Positions 49,655-62,181 of a DNA stretch of 64,000 nucleotides are shown here, piece by piece. The stretch is from the NCBI GenBank assembly GCA_037447605.1, contig CM074806.1, positions 4,216,001-4,280,000 on the forward strand, in the 5' to 3' direction. Source of the DNA: Zygnema circumcarinatum SAG 698-1b (Eukaryota; Plantae; Zygnematophyceae). The notes beneath the pieces are model-generated. The model did not search any database and had not been told where the DNA came from. It saw only the letters and a list, made by a program, of their open reading frames with translations. Position numbers and translations under genes: made by a program. Numbering within the stretch: position 1 is the first letter of the stretch; each line of letters opens with the position of its first letter.

Positions 49655-51449
49655 ACGGGGCGCTCACCTCGATGCCGCAGCTATATGCATTCCGGGGATA
49701 AAAGCGCACTGCTCCGCTGTGTTCCCCCCGGCAGAGTGCCAACCCTAATCAGCTCTTCCCTTCAGCGGCTTACGGGGCAGAGGGCAGCATGAGGTGCCGC
49801 GACTTTTTTATTACCTATTTTAGAAATTAATGACACTTGTAGTCCGAAAATCAAGAAGTAGCTCACCGGTTGGGCAAGCCGTCCACAGCGCGCCAATGGA
49901 TTTTCTGGTGGAAGACGGGCTGCACATGTCATCATCGACAAGTCAACAAAGCCGACAAAGTCAACCGACTCGCACTGGTCAAAAAAGTCAACTCCCTCTC
50001 GCATGGTCAACCAAGCTCACTTCCAAGTCAACAACGTCAAACGCTTCCACACAAAGTTAATGGAAGCAGCAGCAGCAGGCCTTTACAGGCTCAGTTTTCA
50101 GAAGAACTAATGCAAAGAGGCTTTACTTGCAGGCTTTTTGCCGTCCAAGAGAATTGGTAGGTCTCTCCAAACGCATTCCATTCAAGGGTCCATCTGGAGA
50201 GCTCCGGCTGCTCCTTTAGAATCTGCAGAAAGGAAGAGGGGGGCTCTCCATTCACTTAAAAATATGACAAGTAAAAAACTTGCTGTCGAGTGCTCTTCTG
50301 ATCTCGGCACCTCCAGCATTTATTCTCCCTCTCCTCCCCTCGCCCTCTCTCAATCTTCCTACCTCCTCTGAGCGTCCTTTCCTTCCATCCTCTCTTGTCC
50401 CTCTCTCTACTCCCTTCCTCTCCTGTCTCTCCCTACCAATCCTCTCTTGCCTCCTCTTCTCCTACCTCTCTTTGCCTCCTCTCCCTCCCCCTCCCTCCTC
50501 TCCTTCATCTTCCACCCCTTCCCTTGTGCGCCCCCGCACCGCCCCACTTTTCTGTGACGAGTTTGCAGCACTTTCTTCTGAATGGAGAAGATTTTCTTCG
50601 CTTTCTCTTGCAAAAAAAGAAAAGAAAGAAAAGAAAGGAATACCTTCACAGAGGAAATCCAGGGCATCCAATTGGTGATCAATTCTCGGTCCTCCCACAG
50701 CTTCCACGCTTCGGGTAGGGGCACATCCACCTCCACCTGCGCCCTGCATTACACACACAGCCCTAATTCAGAGCCGTTGATTCACTACTGGTGTATGTGA
50801 CAGCAGCAATGAAAACGTTTCTGTCGACAATGCCCACTGTATCAAAGCTTGAAGCATTTTACGATTCTGTAATTTTTCAAGCACAAAAAACTGGCAGCAA
50901 GAGCAGCAAATTTGGGGTGTAAGGTAGAATCGACGTAGTCTGCGCACTCCTCATTAGAAAGGGAGAACACGGATAAATAAGGGAACAGAATTGCGGTTGA
51001 AAAAAAGAGGTGAGCGAGCGAAGCACCAGCCACTCTTTCCTTCAATTGGTGAAAAAGACTCTAAACAGCGTTAAAACAGAAATTCATCATAATGCGCTTC
51101 AGCTGGTGGGAATTGAAACCAAATGTAGAAATTCCTCCTTTTCATGCATCCAAAGCATGCTCAAAAAGCCATTGCCATGGGTCACGCATGGCCGCGCCCA
51201 CCTGTTATCCAGCCACACGGCGCTGCAGGGCGTCCTCAGCCCCCGCACGCGCCCGCCGGATTTCACAGCTTTTAGGGATTTGGTGATGCGCAGAGAAATG
51301 GAGGAGGTCGGCACATTTAGGGCTAAGGAACCCTGAATCCCAGACACCAGGGGGAGGGACGGAGCCGTTCTATGCTCCAACGGAACGGAAGCCATGGAAA
51401 GGGAGAACGGAGCCGGAAGGCGCGCGCATGCAGACAGCGACAGCGCCAT
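48925..51449 (-). CDS. SRPBCC/polyketide cyclase-dehydrase family protein with a probable plastid transit peptide, ~228 aa; exons 51449-51202, 50743-50644, 50222-50127, 49919-49867, 49716-49668, 49237-49190, 49017-48925
   Basis: VEVDVPLPEAWKLWEDRELITNWMPWISSVK, ELSRWTL, QKIHWRAVDGLPNRGAVRFYP, LTISYEVP, DLERF; Ser-rich N-terminus; 687 nt in frame. Confidence 0.92.
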
Positions 51450-52343
51450 GGCTGCCAGGACGTTCCTCGGGCAACCTTAAATCTTTCTTGCTTCTGGAGG
51501 CCTCCCTCTCCCTCTCTCCCTCCCTCTCTCCCTCCCTCCCTTTCTCCCGTCCCCTCCCTCGCCCTTTACCTCGCCTTACTCCTCTTTCCCTCCCTCTCTC
51601 CCGCCCTCTCCCTCCCTCTCACTCCTCTCCCTCTCCCTCTCCCTCTTCCTCTCCCTCTCTCCCTCTCCCTCTCTCCCCTCTCCCCTCTCCCCTCTCCCCT
51701 CTCCCTCTCCCCCTCTCCCTCTTGCTCCCGTGCGCCTGTCCGTCTCCCGCGACTCTTCAAAGGCCATACAAAATTTGGAAACAAAATTTACAAATTCGGG
51801 CCTCTCTAGTTTTTGTTTCCATTTTTAGGGCCGGGGACGGCGGCCGGCGAGTGCTCCGGAGGAGGACACGTGGCGCCACCTGCGCTGTCGTGGGGCGAGT
51901 AGCGTGTCCAGCTGTGATTGGCGTTCGACCGTACACACGCGCGGGACCGTGCAAACGGGATTGACCAATAAAATGTCACCACGTGGCATACCAGCTTTTG
52001 ATTCGAAGACAGCATTGTTTTTTTCGTCCCGGTCTGAAGGGCTAGCTGGCAGGTAAACGTTTCTTCAGCCAATGAGGGCTTGCTCTGATTGGGCGACAGC
52101 GAAGCTTACATCTGCCCGGAAAAGATTCTTATCGGGCTTGACGTGACGTGGCACTATTTGTGCCCACGTGGATATGGTATTACTTGCATGGAGTCGGGCC
52201 AATAAAATAGCGCCACATGGCCAATGTTCATGCCACGTGTACAGGGAAGGGCCCGATTGGCAGGTGGAGCGGTTCGCGGAGCGGGAGGGGTTTGGGAGGG
52301 TTTAGGGCCGCCTGTGGTAGGGAGGGAGGGAGGAGGGGAGCTC

Positions 52344-52898
52344 ATGGGGGGAACAGGGAAGGAGGAGGGCAAGGGGAAGGATAAGGAGAAGGAGATGGAG
52401 AAGGTGAAGGAGAAAGAGCGGGAGAAGGAGGAGAAGAAGGAGAGGGAGAGGGAGAGGGAGAAGGAGAAAGAGGAGGAGAAGAAGAAAGGGAAGGAGAAGG
52501 TGAAAGAGGAGGGAGGGAAGGAAAAAGAGAAGGAGAAGAAGGAGACTATGGAGAAGGAGAAAGAGGAGGAGAAGAAGAAAGGGAAGGAGAAGGTGAAAGA
52601 GGAGGGAGGGAAGGAAAAAGAGAAGGAGAAGAAGGAGAAGGTTAAGGAGAAGGATAAAGAGAAAGAGGAGGAGAAGAAGAAAGGGAAGGAGAAGGTGAAA
52701 GAGGAGGGAGGGAAGGAAAAAGAGAAGGAGAAGAAGGAGAAGGTTAAGGAGAAGGATAAAGAGAAAGAGGAGGAGAGGGACGGGGGAGGGAAGGAGAAGG
52801 ACAAGGACAAGGACAAGGACAAGGACAAGAAGGAGAAGGAGAAAAAGGAAGGAGGCGGGAAGGAGAAGAAGGACAAGGAGAAGGAGAAGACGAAATAG
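52344..52898 (+). other. Lys/Glu-rich ORF (184 aa) built from ~96-108-bp internal repeats; either a coding gene or a purine-rich repeat
   Basis: ATG 52344 to TAG 52898 with strong codon-like periodicity (GAG/AAG/AAA/GAC) and three copies of EKEKEEEKKKGKEKVKEEGGKEKEKEKKE. Purine-rich DNA is stop-poor by default. Confidence 0.35.
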
Positions 52899-54148
52899 AC
52901 GGCGAGAAGCGTGAGGAGTTGGAGAGAATCGTCCCGCGGCGGAGTGAAGTGAGAGCAGGTTCCCACCTTGTACATAGTAAATTTTGATTTGTGACGTGAC
53001 AATTGGTCCTTGCATTGACGTGTTGAGTGTGGGGGGTCTTTAGGAATGCGTTCATTTATTTTGTTTGCGTCGGATCGTCAATGGGTGTCGGCTCAGCCGT
53101 GAACTGTAACGGTAAACAGAACTGTACATTTGCTTATTTCAACGTTGTTTGTTTGAATTTTCGACCCACTTGTCCTCGCATTTTGGAGACAAGCTATGAT
53201 TTCATTTGTGGAGTCCTTGAACGGGGCGCGTCAGTCTTGCTCAAATAGGAACAGGGGGGGGGTGTGGCATTGATCTCACGATGTCATGGTCAAAAAGGAA
53301 GTGGAAGAATGCTGTAATCAAGTGTCACACTTTGGTGAACCTGGACGGGATCTGGGGAATATTCATTGTCTCGTCACACGGAAACTCGCTGTTCCACGTG
53401 GACGGTTTTGTAAGACTGACACCCCCCCACAAGAGACTCATTTCTATTGGAAATCCCCCAACTTTGGCTGCCAGACCAGCCACCCAGTCGTTGCATTTAC
53501 TCAGTCTTTTAATTTATCCACAGCACATTCATCCACATGGAACTCCAAAATTCCTGAATTACTTCGTAGCAAATTAGCACATAACCAGCCTTACACGCAG
53601 TGCACTGTTCATAACTCCGTCTCCCACAACGGCTGCATTTTTAAACTTCAACTCTCCCATCGAGGCGAGAAGGAATAAGTGCGAGGCAACTGCCAACCCA
53701 CCGCTTGCCAACCCTAATACTCACAGTTAGGCTTTCACCTCAGCAATGACGATCATACTCCTCCTCCCGCTTTCCTGCCCTATCTCCTGCCCTCTCTCCT
53801 CCCGTCTCCTGCCCCTCTCCTCCCCACTTTCCTCGCCTCTCTCCTGCCCACTCTCCTCCCCTCCCGTCGCCCCCGTCGGTTGCCCGCTTCACATGATTGG
53901 TGCTGAACAAAACCCGCCGCATGCGAACCTCACCGTGTCTCTTAAACGGCTTCTCTTGGCACCCAAAAGGAAAGGTAAGCTTCCTTTTCTCCCTCCCTCC
54001 CTCCCTCCCTTCCCCCCTTCCTCCCTTTCCCCCTCCCTCCCTCCCTCCCTCCCTTTCCCCCTCCCTCCCTCCCTCCCTCCCTNNNNNNNNNNCCTCCCTC
54101 CCTCCCTCCCTCCCTCCCCCCTTCACAGCAGATGAGGCCTGCCTCTTA

Positions 54149-57100
54149 TTAGTCGGAGTTGTGACCATCCTTTCGACTATTTTGCCGAATCTCATCGAAC
54201 TGCGCAACTACCTCCGGCGCCGGCTGTGCCCTCATCCCCAGTCTTACTCGGATGGCTTCGGGCGAAGGGAGGCGGAGGTTGGCGAGTCGCCGGAAGGTGG
54301 GGGTCTCCTGAATGGAGGGCCCCTCCTTGGCCGCCGCAATGATGGCGTCAGGGGTCGCCATGAGCCCCTCCACCGTTGAGGAAGCGAAGTCGAATGTTCC
54401 GGCCATAGGCTGCAGGAAGGGCAAGTAGAAAAAATGTACATGCATATGTATATGTTACAAAGATGAGAACATTCGTTGTAGGCATGAAGATAGGAAAGAA
54501 TAGCAGTGTGTGGAGCAGAGGAGGGAGGAGATAGGGTTGAGATGAATCCTTACTTTGCAGACGGCGCTGAGGGCCACACAATCCGCAAGGGAAGCGAAAA
54601 AACAGAGCGTCCCAGAACCGGCCCCCAAGTACAAAAACGAAACGAGACCTGTGAGAGAGTCTCAACATTTTCCAGAAAAAAGTCTTTTTCTATTCAAGAG
54701 CTCGCATGTAATCTAGGCACCTCCTCAGAAATCCTAAAGAAGACCTTATCGTACTGTTTCCAAAACCCTAAAATGGACCTATAGTGCTGCTTTCGAAACC
54801 CTAAAAAGGAATGAAATGCGGATTGGACGGCTGAAGACTCACCCTGTGAGTCCCTTGGCAACTCCGCGCACAACTGCAAAGCCATGAACGGACGGACTTT
54901 CTCGAGAAGTCACGGCAGATGCTCTCATCGGCTCTGTCTGAACCCCCTCACCTCACCCAGCACACATCACAGAGGAATTGCCAGACATGCATTATGCATT
55001 ACATGTTTCCGTGTTCACATCGCATCTTCTCCATCCCATGTTTCTACAACAAGAACCAATACACATGTATATTTCAGATTCTCTGAATCTTGGCTTCCGA
55101 TTTGTTTTGATTTGTTTTGTTTGATTTTTTTGTTTTTGATTTGTTTTTTTTTTGCTTCTTGATCGTCCTCTACTTCGAAAGCTATTGAGAAAGCACATTG
55201 CACCTTGGAATCTCAAGCTGTGAAGGAGTAAAAAAGGGGCTCACCACCAACCCCGTCACACCGTCATAGACTCCGTTGCTCAGTCGCTTGAAGCCGATCA
55301 TAATGCCCTCCCCAATGTGGTTCGGTTTAGACCGCAACTCATCATCTGGGGTCAAATATTTTGGTCTATGAACTGGTAATTCTTGAGCAACGTTTACACC
55401 GAAAATTGTATCTGGGGTGAACCGAAAGCCGTCTCCGAGCTGTTTTGAAAAAACCGCGACACCTTCAACTGGGTACTGAATTGCTCTGAGAATTGCCAGA
55501 ACGAGCATTGAAGAAAAAATGTCAAATAGCATAAAGTACAAAACGGCGCTGTAAATTACCTGTCTGATTTCCTCCACTGAACTTGAAAGGGGTCCTGGAA
55601 GGATCAGTACATCATATTGGAAAGTGCAGGGATTTAAAATGAGAGATTTTTCAACATACCCAGCAAGACCGGTCCCAATGCCTTTGACAAGGCCTTGAAC
55701 CCCGTCCTTAGAAACTCCTTCAATTGGGTCACTCTGTCACAGGAAGCTTCTCAAACTCAGTTTACATAACAACGAAATGAAAGACTTCAAACTACATGAT
55801 TACTGAACTTGGACTGAGTCCATGGGAGGTAGAGGAGATTATGATCCTTCCTAAATTTTGCCTCCAAATCCTCAACATCGAGTTTTACTGTTGGTGCGGC
55901 TATTAACAGAACTCTAGGAACTGCGAAAGCCTCTCCATGCAGGCTTAAACATTCTGACAACCTTCAAACAAAAAGTTGGTGCAAAGCTTGCATAGGATTG
56001 CCCTCCTCTCCACCTTTCTACTTTTCCTAACTAAACGGTAGTAAGAAAAGCTCACCACAAGATGGTTGAGTCCATGCATGAACTTTGAAGCAAAGCCGCT
56101 GATGCCCCCCACCACTCCCTCCCCAACATGGCGCGGAGTTCTTGGTCCTGCAAACACAAAAAAGTACAGTTAGATACATCGCAGTGAAGGAGCAGCCAAA
56201 AGCAGTTATCAGCGACATAAACAACTTGAAAGGCAGCTATTGCTTTTGGTATAGATGCTCGTCATCTGAGACCAATCCCGGACATTCATATCACCCCTAA
56301 TATTGTACAGAGCCCTACAGGAATTGGAGGGAGCACGACTTGTTCCAGTGTTCGAACCCTGCAAGGCTGACGACAGTTTAAGAACAAATATTCCTACGTA
56401 TGAATTGCTTGCTATACATTGCTGTATGGCACTGCTTGAAACAAGATGCTGTCTTGCAGTCGGCAACTACATAATGTATGGCACAGCAAAGCAGCATACT
56501 GGTTCAAACATGGCATTGAAATGATTTTATCTTCTCCAACTAATCAACGAGAAGAAAGCTCTCTGATTTCAATAAATTCCAACAAAGGATGGATGCATAC
56601 CTGTTAGTCTCTCAATTTCGTCGAGGAGTGAGAGACGGTGACCCAAGCTGGGTATGAGCTCTGCTAAACTTCCCCGGTCCATTTTTACAAGCACCGCTCC
56701 ATTGACGTGGTTCTCTACGAATACGTTTCTGTATTGCTCGAATCCTTTCTCAGCAAGCCAATCACCGACATCCTGCACACGTACACACAAAATGACTCAG
56801 AATTCAAACACAAGTTAAAACTTGGGACCCAGCTAGGTGTCCAAAGAATTAAAGGAGCGAAGGTGCCGCAATTCATGAAAGGGCATTTTGAAGTTGGCGA
56901 AGCCCGAGAGCTCATTACAAATGAGATATATGAAAGGATTGAAGCTGGACAATATAAGTGGCACTTCTGACGGCCTAATGAGAAAAGAAACGGAAAGGTC
57001 CCCAAAAAATATCGTGTTCTGCGTTTTTTGATCGACAGTTGGAGAATCAACCGACCTAGTTCCAAGATACCATTCTTTACTTTCTACTGCGGCTGCAGAC

Positions 57101-57628
57101 GACCAATACAGCCATAAGTACTACGGCACTGACTGCGACAAAATGGGCTTCTACATCACTTTACAATCTCTTGTCCCAAGGTTCGTGAATACGAGATATT
57201 CAGGGATCGAAAAGGAAACGACAAAGCACGGAATCTGATAAACAATGAGGTGGGGAAAGGAGTACGCAGTGAGGCCAACAGACTGGCCAACATTGACCAA
57301 CTTGCAGTTTCCTTAACAGTACGACTATGAAACAAACCCAAATGGCTGAGACAACCACCTTCACAGCAAGGTGATGGTGGTGGTGGGGGTGGTTACACAT
57401 ACAGTCACAATTCGAGTCTCATATTTGAAAGGTTTTCCCAGAAACTGCCCTAATCTGCCAAATTAATTTGGTTAAACGACCCATAAATCTACATATGTTC
57501 CTCTACTTTATCTCCTTGCGGTTTCTTACCTCACATGTCCATGCTTTTGTGTCGTTCGGCCTCAGCCTGAACTCTCCATCGCCATCCGTTTCCAGAGCAG
57601 CTTCCGCTGTGCTTCCAGCGACGGCCAT
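54149..57628 (-). CDS. SAM-domain protein with two tandem VPS13/ATG2 C-terminal (ATG_C-like) repeats, 348 aa; exons 57628-57530, 56772-56601, 56147-56056, 55733-55660, 55485-55245, 54937-54843, 54566-54554, 54409-54149
   Basis: SAM: WTCEDVGDWLAEKGFEQYRNVFVENHVNGAVLVKM..LGHRLSLLDEI. Repeats: PRHVGEG..LVSDPIEG..GLVKGIGTGLAGAIQYPVEG and PNHIGEG..GVTGLVTEP..RGVAKGLTGAVCKPMAGTFDFASSTVEG. Exons sum to 1047 nt, in frame. The 3' end is less certain. Confidence 0.82.
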
Positions 57629-57829
57629 CCTAATCTCGCAAACTGAGCCTGCCTCTCGCTCTCTCTATCCCCCTCTCTCCCTCAATTTTATTGACAAGAA
57701 TGTCGTGTTTATGCTTGCCCTGCTTTGTGCCTGCAAGCAGGCAGGCGAGATGGCTTAAGGGCTCAGGAATATACGAAACAAAAGTAGAAATCTACCTTCG
57801 ATGATGGAGATAGAGTGTGTGTGTATGTG

Positions 57830-58278
<449 letters not shown>

Positions 58279-59900
58279 CAGAGGCTGACCGGTCTAACCG
58301 TAACGTGATTTCTTTTTATCAATGCCGCTATTTCTACTCATATTAAGCGTACCAGCAAGCATTCAACCATTGCATAGATTCATAACATGCATAACTCATC
58401 TTCTAAATGCCTTCTTACCCAAAAAAGCGCAGCTTCCGCTCCTTGTCTTCTGACCTAACCTGTCTTAAACAAAACAAGCTGCGAATATATGAATAATAGG
58501 TTTCAGAACCAAAAAAGATGGCCCTCATCCTCCTCCTGTTGCTTTCAGAAAGGAAAGGCTCCGGGAGCAGATGAGGGAGGCCAAGGGCATGCAAGAAACG
58601 TCTGTTACCTAGCACGCGTCTGCACCAAAAAAGGTACATAATTCGTACGAAATCTGAACAAAAGGTACATAAAACAATACGGTCATTGTCAAGTAACAAG
58701 AAAAGTGCTACAGAATTTGGTAGCGTACGGCGGCGCCGCAGTCAAACTGTACGGACGGGCGCTGGTTCGAAGATCGTTCGCACGCAATGATTGCGTGTGG
58801 GGACGCCCAAAAAATGCCCAAATCCGACGTGGCAGGTGCGCAAAGTTAATGGATTTTTCATTTGACGTCGTCGCTAGCTTCGTTTAGCGGTCAGTCTGAC
58901 GGAACGCTCGTTTCTATGCTGTGTTTTGATAGTTTTGGTATACCTACTGCAGAGGTCCGACCATTGGACCAACCATTGGATCAACCACTGGCATGGTTGC
59001 GAGCCATTGGTTTCAATGGTTTGGCAGCCATTGCCAATGGTTGCACCTCGCTCCTCGGAACCATTGATGGCGGACAAGCCGGTCACTGACAAATTGTTTG
59101 CAGTGAGGTAGAGTGAGGTATCAACCATTGCCAATGATGGAACCATTTGTTGGCGACCTATCCACTGCCAATCGCTGGAACTATCCCATGCAATGATTTT
59201 TTACAAGTGGTACGGTAATAGATTTCAACCCTTGGCGTTGGATCCAACCGTTGAGCCACTACCCATGGTTCGAACGGCTCGATTCAACATTGGCCAGCCA
59301 GTGATTGGCAACCAATGATTGGCAAAAAAGGTTTCCGGCCCAATGATCTGCCTTTGCAGTACAGTAACTCGAGCTCAGACCGTGGCAACCATTCGCCTAC
59401 AATCCTTTTGTCAGTGTTCGCTGGCCAATGGTTGCAGACCGTTGCCAACGGTTGGCCAGCTATGGTACTGTTTGCAGGCAGGGTTTGTATGGCAGGCAAG
59501 GGTTTTTTTTTTTTTTAAGAGCAAAAAAACCTGTTGTCTTCGGATACATCCACACCACACATTGACCAAACAAAAACTAAGGGGACATGGACCCGCAAAA
59601 AAACATCATAATAGGGTACAGTATGAAACGGGGCACGTCTCAATCCCATACTCTGGCCATCGTTAAACTAAAAATAATGTCCCATGACAAGGGCAAAATT
59701 TACAAAAAAATAACTTCTCACCGTCACAGGTCCACACTGCCGCTGAAAGTCGGCCATTATTCTAAATGCCTTCCGTAGTAACCAACCAACAGGCTTTGAG
59801 AAATTGACTAAACCCAGAAAAGGGCACAGCTTTGTAGCCCTCTCCACGCGCAAAACGAAGATTAAAAAACATATTTCACATATGGACCTACTCTCACTAT

Positions 59901-61297
59901 TTAAGACGTTTTAGCGTCCACTTTTTCTGCTTCTAAACATTCTTTCGCCCTTTGAACTTTCGATTGAATGTAAAACGACCCCTGCTTCTCGTTGCTCTCA
60001 TATAACCGATGATACCTCTGTTGATAATCAGGGAATAAAACAAAAGGCACACCCTAGAGAAATTAAAAAAGGTAGAAGAATACAAGCGAAGTGTAACACA
60101 GGAACAAATCTAAATGACTGCAACTACTCAGTAAGTATATATCTGCATGGAACAGTAAGTTGAGTACCCCCTGGATCGCTTGAAATAACAAGAAATGAAG
60201 CAAAACTTGGAGCAACTCACAACCTACAGGAATTGTTTCCCAGTAGCAGCATGAAATACCTATGAATACGCGCACTCTACAAAAATGCATAGACATGTAG
60301 AAACTCTCACTGTTTCAGGGCTTCCCAATTTCGAACCTTTTACAATGTTTTGCATTTTTTATGAACTTTTTTTATTCTCCATTACAGCTGTACCTGAAGC
60401 ACGTCTTCCCATGTAGTTTTGTCGGACACGCCGAGAATCATCCGCGCCTCCTGCACTGTCATCACTTTCGACGCTTTCCTCAAGTTGCCACCGACAGCCT
60501 CCTGGGCCACTCCAGTTTTGCCAGCATCTGCGCAATAAAGTGGGATAGACGTAAAAATCCTTTGAATTGTGGAATTTAAAAGTAACATATGATAAAATTT
60601 GCAAGAAGAGTAGCAAAAACGACTGAAGGAAGTTCACAGGTGAGGCAGGAAGAGGCGGCGGGGTGGTGGGGAGAAAGAGAAAGGGGGAGAGAGTGGGGAG
60701 AGAGAGAGAGAGAGGGAGAGAGAGGGGAGAGAGAGTGAGAGAGGGAGAGAGAGGGGAGAGAGAGAGGGAGGCTGAGAGGCAAGAGGAGGGCCCACAAGGA
60801 GAACGCAAGATAGGGATGATAGAACTCATAAAATGTTTTAAAAAAACTGAAACTAGAGGTCGTATGCCCTTCCAACGAACTTCGGGGTTTAAGAGTTTTT
60901 TTCTTTCGAGAAGTTTAGGACGCCGAAGGTCTTTGTGAGAGGAAGAGTTTTGAAGGTCTGAGGGTTTTCTGAGTTAGGCACTCACTGACGATGGCTTGTC
61001 GGTACGCCTGTGAAACTGCTCGAAACAAAATTCCGCCCCCCAAAACGATCAAATTGGCGATGATTTTTGAGGCCTGTAACATGCGGGAATCAGTCAAATC
61101 AGTCAACGACACATGTTGTAAGTAGCAAAAATAGTGGTCAAGGAGAGAGCGAAAAGTTAGGAGAGAGGGTGAGGGGAAGGGCGAGGACGATGCAGAAAGA
61201 GACCCTAACCCTGAACCCTAAACCCTAACCCTGAACCCTAAACCCTGCAATGAAAAGAGTAAAGAGGGGGAGGTGGAGGGGTGCAGCCGCTTACCAT
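59901..61297 (-). CDS. PAM16: Mitochondrial import motor subunit PAM16/TIM16, 113 aa; exons 61297-61295 (ATG only), 61073-60986, 60527-60394, 60017-59901
   Basis: MASKIIANLIVLGGGILFRAVSQAYRQA, MTVQEARMILGV, LYESNEKQGSFYIQSKVQRAKECLE; 342 nt in frame. Confidence 0.94.
61202..61247 (+). promoter_or_regulatory. Telo-box repeats (AAACCCTAA-like; a 20-bp unit twice) in PAM16 intron 1
   Basis: ACCCTAACCCTGAACCCTAAACCCTAACCCTGAACCCTAAACCCTG. Confidence 0.6.
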
Positions 61298-62181
61298 AGA
61301 TAGCCTCCTGCTGTACTCTGGAAAGTAGAGAATCCAAGTTCGATCCTTAGCTCTAACACCCCAATTCAGAACGCTTGCCTCTTTATCACTCAGGTTTAAC
61401 AAAAAAAAAAAAAGCTGCTAAAAGCAGCTTTTTTTTTAAGCAGCTTTTTTTTTTTTAAAAGCTTTTTAAAAAAGCTGTATCCTGAACCCCAACCTCTAAA
61501 ACCCTAAAACCTGAACCCCAAAACCTACAAACCCTTATCCCCGCAATCCGCGAACCCCGCCAAGTTCTGAACCCTGCTCCCGGACAGCCTCCCAAGCTCT
61601 GGCCTCTCCCGGTCTGAGCCCCGGACCTTGCGGCTGTGCTCTGAACCATGAAGGGTTGCGCCCTAAACCCTGCCTCCCCCCCCCCTTAAACCTCCCCTCC
61701 CCTCTGCTCTGCTCTGGGCCCTGAACCCTAATTTTGTGAGAGCTGGAGCCTGTCTCGCAGTGGCGCCAGAAGTGGTCCACGATTTGACGCGTGGCTTGGG
61801 CATCCGTACATTGCAACATGGATCGCGCACTGTACCAACCATACAACATGGATCGTACTCAACCAATTTACCGTACATTCAAACATGGAAAAAACCCTGG
61901 GTAAATCGTATCCGACGTGGCAATTTTTGATTGATTGTTGTATTCAACGGAATTTCGCGAGCTGGTACTTGACATGCACACGGAAATGGACATGGAGACG
62001 GAGAACGGCCCTGCAAGTATGTACGGTATTCAGAGACAAGGGCAGGGCAGGGCCTTGGAAACCCTAATTTTTTCTCGGTCCGTTGCAGGTTGGAGGGGTC
62101 AGAAGCAGAGCCGGAGGAGAGCATATTCCATTTTTTGGGTGGTTTTTCCTCTGCACCGAGGGGGCGGGAGAGAGAGGCGTC

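Noticed and set aside
52154-53002. Minus-strand F/S-rich ORF
   Set aside because: It has a TTG start and is the antisense shadow of the purine-rich repeat.
53740-53990. Possible further SAM-gene exon (EVRMRRVLFSTNHV)
   Set aside because: No convincing acceptor, exon 8 already ends in TAA TAA, and an N gap nearby prevents a test. Not fully excluded.
55560-55594. Possible extra exon (CAG|...ACAG|GTAATT) in the SAM gene
   Set aside because: Its 35 nt would frameshift the gene; skipping it gives an in-frame, motif-consistent join.
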